64,000 nt of DNA. Origin: Ginglymostoma cirratum. Its lineage: Eukaryota. The position numbers were made by a program, and so were the translations under genes. Shown here in pieces: positions 47,544-59,399 of the stretch (the first letter of the stretch is position 1; each line of letters opens with the position of its first letter). The notes below the pieces were generated by a model. It did not search any database. It worked only from the letters and a program-made list of their open reading frames with translations, and had not been told where the DNA came from. Where the stretch lies: positions 23,637,434-23,701,433 of the forward strand of contig JAHRHZ010000022.1 of assembly GCA_024137785.1 (NCBI GenBank), read 5' to 3'.

Positions 47544-47870
47544 ATTGTCCAAGGCTCCAAACACAGCCTCCAGGTGAAGCAGCATTTTGCTTGTACTTCT
47601 TTCAATCAAGTTTACTGTATTCCCTGCTCACGATGCAATTGCCTTTACATTGGTAACATCCAGATGGAGTGACTGCTTTATGGAACACTTTCACTCCTTC
47701 GTAGGAATAATGCTGACCTTCCAGTTGCTAGCCATTTCAATAAATCACCTTGCTCTCATACTAATGTTTCAATCCTGGGCCTCTGTAATGTTCCAACGAA
47801 GCAACAATGAGGACAAGCAACTCATTTTCTGCTGAGGTACTTTACAGTCATGCATCCAGGCATTCAATAT
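47544..47870 (+). mobile_element. Penelope-like GIY-YIG endonuclease remnant
   Basis: IVQGSKHSLQVKQHFACTSFNQVYCIPCSRCNCLYIG...DCFMEHFHS...ADLPVASHFNKSPCSHTNVSILGL...QLIFC*GTLQ, with frameshifts. Shows the VY..CxxC..YIG signature. Confidence 0.85.
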
Positions 47871-47879
47871 CAGGACCTA

Positions 47880-48103
47880 TAGACAGTAAATTGCTGCATA
47901 ATCCTTGCATGCTGTTCTCTGCACAATTGGAGCAGGTAATGAGGGGTTTCTGGATACTGAAGAGCTAGGAAAGCAGCTGCAATCTTCTGGGGAGGAAGAT
48001 GAAGACATTGAGCAGGAAGGATATCAATATTATCACGATAGTGTGGTGCAGCATTGGGCACAACAAGTCAGGAATGACTGAATTGAAATCTGCTTCCAAT
48101 TGA
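47880..48103 (+). mobile_element. PIF/Harbinger transposase C-terminal remnant
   Basis: CIILACCSLHNW (cf. IIxACCxLHN), an acidic stretch EEDEDIEQE, and the end VRND*IEICF. Confidence 0.7.
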
Positions 48104-48108
48104 TCGAA

Positions 48109-48315
48109 GATAACAAGGTGTGGAGCTGGATGAACACAGCAGGCCAAGCAGCATCATAGGAGCAGGAAAGCTTGACGTTTCGGGCCCAAAACCCTCAGGG
48201 TCTAAGCCCAAAATGTCAAGCTTTCCTGCTCCTCTGATGCGGCTTGGCCTGCTGTGTTCATCCAGCTCCACACCTTGTTATCTCGGATTCTCCAGCATCT
48301 GCAGTACCTATTATC
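48109..48315. mobile_element. Penelope-like inverted terminus pair (family A)
   Basis: TSD TCCAAT(T/A)GATCGAA at 48095-48108 and 48316-48329. The near-identical ORFs on the two strands reflect the palindrome. Confidence 0.85.
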
Positions 48316-51099
48316 TCCAATAGATCGAAACTGGGTTAAGTTATTATTTGTTGACTATAAATCTGTTGCTGCTTCAACCACTGTTTAATCCCAAAAGCAA
48401 GCACTTTTTTTTATTGCTGCTTCTTTACTTTTCCAAAGTTAACAATTGTTGAAAGGCCTCACAACTTCTGATGCTCAGATACAGAGAAAGTGTAGCACTC
48501 CTTCAGCAAAGGATTTAACATCACATGGTGCTCTAAACAGTAGCTGCTGTCCCTTGAATCTTCATCCTTCAGCTAAAATGACAGACAATCAGGCAAGTGA
48601 TGATTTAAATTGCAAATGTATTTGCATATCTAATAATCTATTTATAATGAATGTCAGCCATGGTGCTCTCAGAAGGTTTCTTATTCCCTTTTCCTCCCAC
48701 TGTGTCCAGGTGCACTCCCAGAGACCACAGTTTTGGTGGAGTGATCTTGTCCAATAGTGGATCCTGTTTGCCTTGAAGGGTCACTGGACTTGACATGCAA
48801 ACTCTGGTTTTCTCTCCACGTAGCCTTTATGTCTTTCTCGCTCATCCAGCTTCCTCTTAAATGCTTCAAAGCTATCCCTCTCAATAATTCTTCGTTGTCA
48901 AAAGTTCCACATACTAACTACTCTCAGCAATTTCTAACTCATATTCAGTAAGCACACTGATATCCTTTTCCTTTTCATCCACTTATTCACCTGTTCTGCA
49001 TTCCTGATTACTTCAACAGTGTGCTGCCTTTAGCCAAACAGTAAACATGTTCCATGTTACAGAACAGGGTGAAAAAGCAGGAGATTTTCCATTGACTGCT
49101 GAGAATCAGAAATAATTGTCCATCCAATTTAATATCTGTGCTGAACATCTATAAAACCAAGGAACAAGAAAGACTGAGTTATCAGGAATACAGGCAAGAA
49201 AGGAAATAAAATTAATTTTGCAACACTTTGATGTTTGGCATCATGATAGAGGGTTGAAATTTGAATATGCTGCAGACACCTTGAAAATGTTCAATCAGGA
49301 GAAGGAGTGATGCTTAGAGACTGACAGGCTGAGGCAGTGTGTCACGGCGAATGAAAATCTATTTCCCTACAAGGAAACATGAAGATTGTTTCATTACAAG
49401 CCTTTTACAAAGTGAATGTATATTGAAGTTTTGTGAGGTCTGTCGGTTTTAGGTCTTTGTGACTGACTGACTACCCAGAACTATTTGGATCTTGACAGAC
49501 ACCAGAACACAGGCACTGCAAATTGATCCTTCTATTCAACCCTGAGATTTCATTTACAACCATGATCTCGTGTGTCATAATGTGTTTCTCTGACACAAGG
49601 AAAGCATCTAATAAAATAGTTTTTGGACAATACAGGAGTCACTTCTTTTTTAACTATATGTTAGACATCATAGCAAATGGGTCAAAAAGCAACTTTAACT
49701 TCAATAGAGAGGGTGAGCAATACTCTTCTTACTGAGATCTTTCTATTCTTTCCTAACGGTCTCCAAGTAAGAAAGTGAGAGGACGATTGATCCCATGCTT
49801 CTGCCAATGGCACGCTAAGCATCGCAGTCTCTCAGCGCTGCAATCTCTAGTATCACAGTCTCTTGCCATTCTTTTATGCTGCTGCAAAGCTTCCTCCCAC
49901 TTTATTTAATTCTATTAGCATATCCTTGTCACATTTTCTCCATTATGCAAAATCTATCCCCGCCTTAAATTGATCAGTGCCAATTGACTCAACTGCTCCA
50001 AGTGGTAACAATTCCACAGGATAACCACTCCCTGGATAACAGGATCTGAATGAAGGAAAGCTATCACAGTGGAAGTGATCAAGAGCCTTTGGTTTAATAG
50101 GGGAGTTTATCATCTGATCCTTTGGCATGTTACTCACTATACCCACCTGCTGAGTCAGTAGGTGCAGGGTTTGAACTCCTTCCCCACACAGACCTGCAAA
50201 TACAGACTGGAACTCCAGTTCTCAATCCCTGGCTGACACCCGGACACTTTGATCTGATTGTGGGTTGCCATCCCCACCTTCAGCAAAAGGATTGTGAGAG
50301 TCCCTAAAAACATTCTGTGGGTCTCACTATTAGAGTAGAAATATGGCTTTGACCATTGTAAACTGTGTCCAAATGCATGGGAGAGGTGGCCTGTTTCAGA
50401 TTGTACAGAAAGGACTATTTTAGAAAGTGGCATCAGAACATGAGTAGGCCAATCAGCCCCTTCAAGGTTATTCTGCCCTTCAATCAGATCATGCTCAATT
50501 TGTACCTAACTTTATTGACTTGGCTATTACACACTTTTCCCCTTACCCAACAAAAAGAAGGATAATTTATGTCTTATGCATCTAACATGGAAAGAAACAT
50601 AAAAGGAATAGTGGCACATAATTGTAAGTTAGACTATGACATCATTGGTCACTTGCTGAGAGTCAGCTTCACATAGATTCAGAGGTAGATTTTGTTATTT
50701 TCCTTCGGACAACGTTGATGAGCAGGGGAGAACTGGTCTTGGTCAAACCAACCGAGTGGCTAAATAAATGCAACTATTTAAATTGGAATAAATAATTCTC
50801 AGGGTGTGGCCTTCATTGGCTAGCCTTTGCTCTGCTGAGGAGATAGTGTTGCACTTTGTACTTTAATTGCAGGTAGTGGTTCTGATATTACTCAGTAGCT
50901 CATTGGGCCATTTCAAGAAGAAGCTGAGGGTTAACCATGTTGGTGTGAGGCTAGAATCAGATACAAGCTCAGATCGGGTAAACCCTCCTTCCCGTAAATA
51001 GACATTTATCAACACAGTCTTATATGATTCACACCCACTGATAATGGGAATTTTATTTCCATATTGTTTATTATCGGGATGATGAATCACAATGCCAAA

Positions 51100-52020
51100 G
51101 AACTAAAGACATTTCTTTTTCTACTTTTAATTCTAAAATGTGTTTTTTAAAAGACAACTGCTCCAGACAAAGAAAGACTGTGGATGTAAATTGCCAGGGA
51201 AACAGAAAGAGAGAGAGAGAGATACATGATAGGAAGAGATAATGAGAGGTTTAACTATTCCCTACCACCTCCCCACCTCTTCAGCAGAAAGCTACTTTTT
51301 ACCAACGTGATTTGTCTTTCCAGGAATACATATAAAGGGTGTTAAAAGCCAAATGCATCCCTGGTCTGTCTGTGCTAGAGGAAGAAGGTATGCAAGCGGA
51401 AGAAGTCGTACTGGCCTGGGTGCGAGTGCTCGTGTTCTGCGAAAGTCACAATCGCAAAACCATTCAGTAATCCCCCTACACTTCAGGTAAAAGCAATCTC
51501 TTGCACTGCTTGCTTGAAGCCCACTAGCAATCAAGTTAAGAAGAAACAGAGCAACTGATGGATTCTCTTCTCTGAGTGCTGCCACACTACCACCATGAAA
51601 GGGAACAAAACAAAAGGATTTCAACTAACTAGAAAAGCTAAGAATTCCAAAATCAATGCTCAACTATCAACATTCCATAATCTACTCTTCACAAGCCATG
51701 CAGAAATACTGATCCATATACCTTTTGTATAACTGTTTGTTTTGGACTAATTTCTTATTTTTAATCTGTATGTGTGCTGCATCCTCCTTTCATTATCTAA
51801 CAAATGTACTCTTGATAATGAAGAAAGCCTGGTTAACTTGAGTCCTTTTATAACAAAAAAACATCTGATCTGGAAGAAAGACATCATAATGGGGGAATGG
51901 TTTTGTAAACTAATCTTTCTGTGACCGACTAAGAGGGTGGGTAACTTTTAAATAATGGGAGTCAGTTCATCTCTCCTCACGCAGGAGATCAACAATTTGG
52001 AGTATCCCTCTGTAACCATA
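51100..52020 (+). mobile_element. Possible decayed solo LTR
   Basis: General LTR-like organisation only; termini and TSD were not verified. Confidence 0.3.
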
Positions 52021-53484
52021 TTCGCTTCAACAATCTCGCCCAAGGTGTGGCTAAAATTTATCTCAAATTCAAATTCTAAAGTTGTCATGGTGGGACATGA
52101 ACTCACTAATATTGGCTTATTAGTTCGGGGTCTCTGGTTCAGTCAAATTACTTTCAATAATCCTCAGAATCTGACAATTCTTTGTTCATAATCCCATTCC
52201 AGAGGCGTGCACACACAATCTAGGCTTGGCATTTCATAGAAGCTTACATTTCCTCACACTTTTCGACAATTGGGTTTTCTAAGGGTTAACAAATGTTCTC
52301 TTTTTATGATTGAGATAGCACATCAGTCTGACTGATTTTTGTCTGCAGTGAATCAACAAAGCAGTCACATGACCTCTGGGAACATTTTCTAAAATATCAT
52401 GTTCCTTCTAAAAACTCAGATCAGCTTCTTCGCAAAATTTATATTATAATTACACAGTCATGCCAACAGTCTATTCCATCTTTCCCATTAATTATAACCT
52501 CTCAGTTCCGGCCTCTTCAGTATGACATGCACCTTTTCAGGGACTATGGGTCTTGCAGGAAGCTGATCTCACATGTGCATTGATCATGTGTTGGTGGGGC
52601 CGCTGACCTAATCAGGATTGGAGCAAAAACAGAAAAATGTTGGGATTATAGATGAGGACATGAAATCTCCCCATGTAGATCCTTCTTCATGTAATGACCC
52701 ACTGAGTCCATCTGAATCTGGGCTTTCCTCCTACTCCTACTACTCTCTGCCCCCTACCTTTCACTTTCCTGCCCATGTGCACTAAGGAGTTTTGGAAAGC
52801 TTTTCACTCAGCCTCTAATTGATTAACTGACAGTGTGGGCGTTTTTTTGCTGATCTTGTGCAATTACACTCCAAACATAACTATGTACGAGACTTCACAG
52901 TAAACATCCCTGGTGCAATCAGTCCTCTGCTGTCAGCTGTCTTTTCCTTCACTGCCTCCTTCTGTTTGTATTAGCCCAGCCTTTGAAGGTGTTTTCATAT
53001 ACTCATTAGGAACATTAAATCCTTGTCAACCAGGTAAAATACACCAGTAAACTGACAGCAAGCACTGGGCTTGGAAGGCTTTTTGTAGCAATAATCAAGG
53101 CAAGTCAGCACAGTTTCATAAAGTGAAACATTAAGCATTTATTATATTAACTTTCAATCTTATCCTGAGATTTCTGGTCAGACCTTTGCTCAAGTCCATA
53201 ATTACCCACAGTGACCTCCAATTGCGTCTCTAGTGTAGCTCCAAATCTTCAAGAACGCCCTCATCATGGACCTTAACTCCAGTCTCCGAGAATTTAACAC
53301 TCCTTGTGGCACCAAAGTCGAGCCTTGCAGTTCTGCAGCACCTTTTACAATATCGAGACAATCTAAAGCACTACACAGCCAAGGAAGGTCTTTTTGAAGT
53401 GAGTCATCTGTTGGAATGTAGGAATGGCAGCAGCCATCTGATCCCTCAGCAAACTCTCACAAGCAGCAATCAATTAAATGATTT

Positions 53485-54012
53485 GGAATACTGCATGCAG
53501 TTATAGTCACCCCACTGTAGAAAGGACATTATTAAACTAGAAAGAGTGCAGAAAACATTTACTGGGATGCTACCTGGACTGGAAGGTTTGAATTATAAGA
53601 AGAGTTTGGATAGGCTGGGACTTTTTTCCCTGGAGTGCAGAAGACTGGGGGGGTGACCTTATAGAGGCCTATAAAATCATGAGAGACACAGATAAGGCAG
53701 ATAGCCAACAGCTTTTCCCCATGGTAGGTAAGTCTAAAAATAGAGTGCATAGATTTAAGATGTGAGGGGAGAGATAGGGGGGCAATTTTTTACATTCAGG
53801 GAGGTCAGTGTCTGGAATGGGCTGCCAGAGGTAGTGGTGGAGGTGACTACAATTTCATCATTTGAGAAACATTTAGACAGGTACATGAATGGGATAGTAT
53901 GGAGGGATATGGCCCAAATGCAGGCAAATGGAACTAGTTTAATTGTGAAAACTGGGTGGCATGGGAAAGTTGGGCTGAAGGGCCTGTTTCAATGCTGTAG
54001 ACCTCCATGACT
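53485..54012 (+). mobile_element. CR1/HER1 3' fragment inserted in a minus-strand DeuSINE (about 53330-54220)
   Basis: LEYCMQL*SPHCRKDIIKLERVQKTFT...WNGLPEVVVE...; DeuSINE sequence flanks both sides. Confidence 0.85.
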
Positions 54013-54890
54013 GTACTTTTAACTGATGTTGGTTGAGCAGTAATGATGGCCAGGACACCAGTGAATATTCCTTTGCTCTGCTTCAAACAGTGTCCAGAAG
54101 GGTAGATGTAGCACGTTCAATGGGCAGTACTTCCGACAGGGCAGCACTCCCTCATTATTGCACTGGAGTGCCAGCTACGATTCTCTTCTCAAGTCTCTGG
54201 AACACAACCTCCTGACTCAAGAAGATAGACTTCATGCAACAGTTATGCTTAAAAATGCTCCTAATTTGTAAACAGAAACTCTTAGGTACTGTCTCTTATG
54301 GGCAAAATCTCCTCAGCCCCTCAACAGCATGGGTTATGGTGAGAAATCTGGGAAAATTAGGTGTGATGTCAAGCAAGGCCCTTCTCAACGTTGGGACCAA
54401 AAAATCACATTTTCCAACCAGGTTCTGGACACCAAGATGACATTCTCACCAGTGAGCAGGAAGAGGCTGATTAACAGGAATTTGCGGTTCATTATCCTTC
54501 ATCATTATGTAAAGCTCAAATTATTAATATGGTGCTCTCCCATCCTCCCACCATCTGAATAGAAACTGAAGACTGAGAATTTCTGTCATGAAGTCCCTAG
54601 CAACTCTAGCTCACCGCTTCCTCCTCCAGACCATCATCTTGGGTACCAGTCAGTAGTATCTCGGGGCATGCTCTACAGGCAGTGCCATTAGTATCTCTTG
54701 TCCATAGATGTTAGCATCTGACACAAACCAACCTCACTGCAGCATGATGACACATTGCCAATCTACAGTATACTTCTCCACTTCAGGTCTGTACATTTGA
54801 GTGCACTGGCAACTCTCATTGCAATGCTGCTGCAAGGATATTGTGTGTATTTGGACAGTGCACAGACTGGACCAGGTTGTATCTCAGGGT

Positions 54891-55022
54891 TTCTGAAGAA
54901 GGGTCCTGACCCAAAACATCAACCTCCCTGCTCATCTGATGCTGCCTGGCCTGCTGTATTCTTCCAGCTCCATACTGTGGTATCTCCAACTCTAGCATCG
55001 GCAGTTCTTACTATCACGCTCT
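54891..55022 (+). mobile_element. Penelope-like terminus (family A variant) with a decayed hammerhead
   Basis: TTCTGAAGAAGGGTCCTGACCCAAAACATCAAC..., with G12 changed to A. Confidence 0.75.
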
Positions 55023-55351
55023 CAGTGTTCATTCACTTTATGTCTAGCTGGATGCTCACTTGGCTTTTTGTGCTTTATGCCCTCAGCCTGATCTTAAAGA
55101 CTCACAGTATTCTGTCTTGCCTTGCTAATTAGTGTAGACACAAAACTCATCAGCAGTTATCAGTCAATGGATGGACATGTTGCTGTATGACACAGTGCCA
55201 TGTCAATCTCACAGCCCTACCATGAGCCAGCCATGTATTTGTCAGACACACTGCATGTGCTGCAAGCAAATGGACCTCGTCTCAAAGTCTAAGGGGAGGG
55301 GTCCTCAGTGAAGTCAAGGGAGACACTCTTCAGGCAAGGGGTTACAGCAAA

Positions 55352-55410
55352 AGGGTTAGGGTTAGTTAGGATTAGGATTAGTTAAGGTTAGTGTTAGAGT
55401 TAAAGTTAGG
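55352..55410 (+). repeat. Degenerate TTAGG(G)-like repeat
   Basis: AGGGTTAGGGTTAGTTAGGATTAGGATTAGTTAAGGTTAGTGTTAGAGTTAAAGTTAGG. Confidence 0.6.
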
Positions 55411-56246
55411 TAAGTCAAAGACAGTCTTCAATATCAGTCCAGAGGCTTGGCCACAGCCAGTCAACCATTCAAGATGTCCAGGTTTGGTGGGCAGGGTGGT
55501 GGAGTCCATATCATTACAGTCTGGGGAGAGGGTCATAGTCACCCCATGGGTCTTGTGCATCCAGCCCAAGCCGTTGCTGTACAGGTGGGAGGCTGTACAG
55601 GTATCAATCTGGATCTGTGCACTCACTGCTCAGGGCTGCCTGGCTAAGTCACTCCATGGGGTGGGCCATTGTCAGTACTGCAGGCCAAAAGTCAAGAGGG
55701 CTGGTTACCAGGGGCCAGTTACTGGAGGAAGCTGAGGAATTTAATTGTGGGGATTAGAGTCAGACAGCTAGGATGCAGAGGGGTTATAACTGTGAAGTTG
55801 TCTGAAGTGGTCAAAGGAGGAATGTATAAGAAGGGTTGATGAGGGGGTTGTGCGAGGTAGTGTAAGGGATGGTGTGGGGGTGTCATTGCCTGTAAACAGC
55901 ACCCTGCCTTCCATCGGGAACAGTGGGATACTAGATCTGTAATGTTGATTTGCTATGCCTGGGGCTAGGAAGTAAAGATGAAGATTTAGATTAATAGGCT
56001 GGGTGGAGACTAGGGGTAATTCATAGTCTATGGGGTTAACAGGAAGGAGCTACCATGAAGGGAATGTGTCCGTTTAAGTATTGCTCAGCAGCAGTGAGAA
56101 TCTGAGGCTGAGATTGGCTGTTTGTGGAGCAGGTGCTTTTGCCTTCCATCAGCTGTGAAGAACAATCACAATGGAGATGAACAGGGGTAACAAGCATGGG
56201 GCTGGATGAACACAGCAGGTCAAGCAGCATCACAGGAGCAGGAAAA

Positions 56247-56280
56247 CTTGACGTTTCGGGCCTAAACCCTTCATCAGAAA
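56247..56280 (-). ncRNA. Minimal type I hammerhead ribozyme motif with an intact core, in a Penelope-like terminus (about 56185-56280)
   Basis: The minus strand reads UUU-CUGAUGA-A-GGG-UUUAGG-CCC-GAAAC-GUC-AAG. Helix I is UUU/AAG and helix III is the palindromic ACGU. Confidence 0.7.
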
Positions 56281-56707
56281 TGAAAATGGCTGCTTCCCCG
56301 AAATGGGGATGGGGAAGATGTTTCCTTCTGTGGGGGGGGGGGGGGTTCAGTTTGAGGTATGTGAGGCCCTTTCAGAGGACAACAGCATTATACAGACATC
56401 CACAGTGAGTACTGCATGTTTTATGAACCTTAGGCATGAGCCACCTGTGTAGACTACAAATCCCTGTCCCAAACACTCTGTGTACCTTAAAGAAACGTTG
56501 GGGGTGGGTGGGTGGTGGGGAAAGGCAGGATTTGTCTGTGTTGCCTCCTCCCACTGGGTGCCTACTGTTTCCACCCAGACTCCTTGTGAGGAACAGGCAC
56601 CTGGAATGAGGTCAGGGTCCCTTGTCCCACGGTACCCTTGCTGTTGATGCTGAATTCTAATGGCTGGAATGACGTGATGGAGTGTGGGTCCATGCGCATA
56701 TCCAGCT

Positions 56708-56829
56708 AAGGGTCTAGGCCCGAAATGTCAGCTTTCCTGCTCTTCTGATGCTGCTTGGCCTGCTGCGTTCATCCAGCTCTACACCTTGTTGTCTCAGATT
56801 CTCCAGCATCGGCAGTTCCTATTATCTCT
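56708..56829 (+). mobile_element. Penelope-like terminus (family A) truncated inside the ribozyme
   Basis: AAGGGTCTAGGCCCGAAATGTCAGC...CTCCAGCATCGGCAGTTCCTATTATCTCT. Confidence 0.8.
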
Positions 56830-57509
56830 GATACAATTTTAACCCTACTGCAAAGCCTCTTCTAAGGATGCCTGACTCTGAAACTGCCTGACCTGGTTGT
56901 CCATGGCAGCCACTAATCTCTGTCCATTTAGGCAGCCGGAGACTCACATGTCAAAGGCACCCAGTTGGGTTGCTGCAGCCTGTGTCAGGTAGTCCTTGGG
57001 AAACCTCCCTGCTTCTCCTGTGTCTCCTGGGGCATTTGTATGGGGTCCTCTCATACTCGGGGCTGAGTAGGTAGCTCCTCCCTGTTAACCCCATAGACAA
57101 TGAATTACCCCTAGTCTCCACCTAGCCTAGTAATCTAAATCTTCATCTTTACTTCCTAGCCCCAGGCATATCAAATGAACATTACAGATCCCTGCATTGC
57201 TCTGAGCTGATGTCCTGGGGGTGGGGTTCTTCCTCAGCCAGCTGCAGAGGTGTGGCAGCGAAGTGCTCACCAGTAGGTACTCCTGGCTCCCATCTAGCCA
57301 ACACCCCGGATCGAGGGAGTCAGTATTTGAGCTGGTGGAGCGTACAGGAGGCAGCTTTGTCAGCGCTTCCCCTGAGGGATCCGCGCTGTCTTCCCCAGAG
57401 GAAGAGGAGGCCATGTCTTGTGGCATTGCCCTCCCAATCACAGGGATTGTGCTCATGCTGCTGATACTGCAAGGAGACAAGAGAGAGAGAATGAGTCATG
57501 AAGAATTGT

Positions 57510-57625
57510 AGATATAACAAAGCGTCGAGCTGGAGGAACACAGCAGGCCAGGCAGCGTCAAAGGAGCAGGAAAGCTGACGTTTCACACTATGTTATCTCT
57601 GACTCCAGCATCGGCAGTTCTTACA
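57510..57625. mobile_element. Short Penelope-like inverted fragments
   Basis: ATAACAAAGCGTCGAGCTGGAGGAACACAGCAGGCC...GCTGACGTTTC, then TGTTATCTCTGACTCCAGCATCGGCAGTTC. Confidence 0.7.
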
Positions 57626-58028
57626 ATGACTGAGCAAGAATTGCAGCGTGGTAATAATACGCTCACTGTGGGCGAAATAGGAAAGTCGTGCAGCAATGAG
57701 CAATGCTTCCTCCTTGATTGCCAGGATTTTAGGTATCTCAGCATCACCACATTCCTGCTCCCGGTCTTCCAGACAGGGTCAATATCCTCCCCTTGTAGGG
57801 GAGCCCACTGTTGAGTCAATACAGTTGCTTTCCCCTGGAATGAGGGGAGAGATTGAGTGAGGTGACAGTGAATGGATGACACGATACTTGGTGCAGGTGT
57901 AGGTGGAGGAAGGGTGGTAACGTGTCCCTAGTGACAGAAAAGGCATTGCCGGTTTAGTAGGGTTGGAGTAGGTGAGTAGCAGAAACAGGGTGAGTGTGAG
58001 TGAGCAGGGATACAATGGTGGTAGATAC

Positions 58029-58235
58029 CCTTGCAGAGCACAGAAGGTCATTGACCCTCTTGCGGCGTAGTTGGCTGTTCCTCCAGACTATGGAGACTGC
58101 ACTGAGGGAAACCTCAGACCAAGCTGGCAGGATCTGGGTGTCGTGGCCACCTATGCTGCTGGAGGGGCAAGAGGACACCCTCCTGTGTACCCCTCCTTCC
58201 CACCTCCAAATGCCTGTCCGCAAAGTGGGGCGGAC
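58029..58235 (-). pseudogene. Myb/SANT-like (trihelix, NAIF1/MSANTD-type) DNA-binding domain exon of a Harbinger element, frameshifted
   Basis: PHFADRHLEV in one frame, then PAWSEVSLSAVSIVWRNSQLRRKRVNDLLCSAR, ending at an AGG|GT donor. Confidence 0.75.
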
Positions 58236-59399
58236 AATTTCCCTTTGTCCCCCTACCACAAGTCTCCAACGGTGCAAGGTAGCAGTAGATGGCCAGCTCT
58301 TGGCTAGGTATGTCCAATGGCCTTTTTGGGTTTGTACCCGCACCAGGGATCCCAAGATATCCCAGCAGTGGTGAGTATTTACGTGAGGGAGATTTGAGGC
58401 AAGTAGAGGACCACAGGGGTGCCACAGGGACAGGCTGAGGTAATTGATGAGGCGGCTTTGTAACGGTGTCGCGAGAAAACAAGCTCAGCCTCGCCGAGAG
58501 AAATCCTCGTGAAACTCAATGAAATTGACACTTCAGCTGATTTTTGGTCTCTATCCCTTTGCTTTCATTAATTTCTCCTTCAGACATCTTGTAGATAGTT
58601 TTCAACCTTGTTGATATCTGATATGTACCTTGACTTCCCACCCCCCACCTGCTGCAGAGCCAGTCAACTCTCTCCCATCATCAGCCACTGACAGTCTTCC
58701 CATGTAGCAATCACAGTTAAACCGTGAGATTGCATGCATCAAAATGAGAAAGAGACCTTTCATCTTTGAGGGCTGAAGACAGGTGTCGCGCTGTTTTCAC
58801 AATCCTGCCTGTTGGAGGTCCCCCGGACATACTGGAACCACAGAGACTAGCTGAGTTTGCTGATGAGCTTTTAAAAATAACTATTCACTTGTATAAATGT
58901 CCCAGTTACATAATCACTCCAGCCCCATGGCTGGATTAATATAAACCTCACACACAGAAACATGTAGGCACACACATACAAATGCCTGCAGAAATATGTG
59001 CATACAGTCATATGTATGCGCACACGTAGAGACACACGTACATAAACGCACATAGACATACATGCACATGCTGACAAGGCAAGGAGATCAAAGGTTACCA
59101 GGGGTAGGTGGGAATGTGGAATTTGAAATACAAATTGATCAGCCATGATCTTATTGAATGGCACAGCAGGTTCGACTATCTACTCCGGCTCCTATTTCAG
59201 ACGCATGTTCATACAAGCCCTGACATAATGAGGCAATTCAGGCCATTGTGCCTGTTGAATGTGCAATCCAATTAGTCCCACTCCAATATACTTCCCCTTT
59301 CGCACTCAAAACATCTCCCTTTTGAATGTTATTAACGCACCTGCTTTTACAGTCACTGTATTTATTTTGCTGAATCAATTAAGCTTCTCATCAATGATA

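Larger units (their letters stand above)
54300..58555 (-). mobile_element. Decayed Harbinger-type DNA transposon region (Myb/SANT gene remnant) with several Penelope-like insertions; outer boundaries uncertain
   Basis: Myb/SANT exon at 58029-58235, a Ser/Glu-rich frame at about 57130-57470, and RLVAAMDNQVRQ at about 56885-56920. Confidence 0.5.

Noticed and set aside
48109-48315. Pre-miRNA or DNA-transposon MITE
   Set aside because: Asymmetric arms, variable 11-14 bp TSDs and variable centres fit Penelope-type inversion better.
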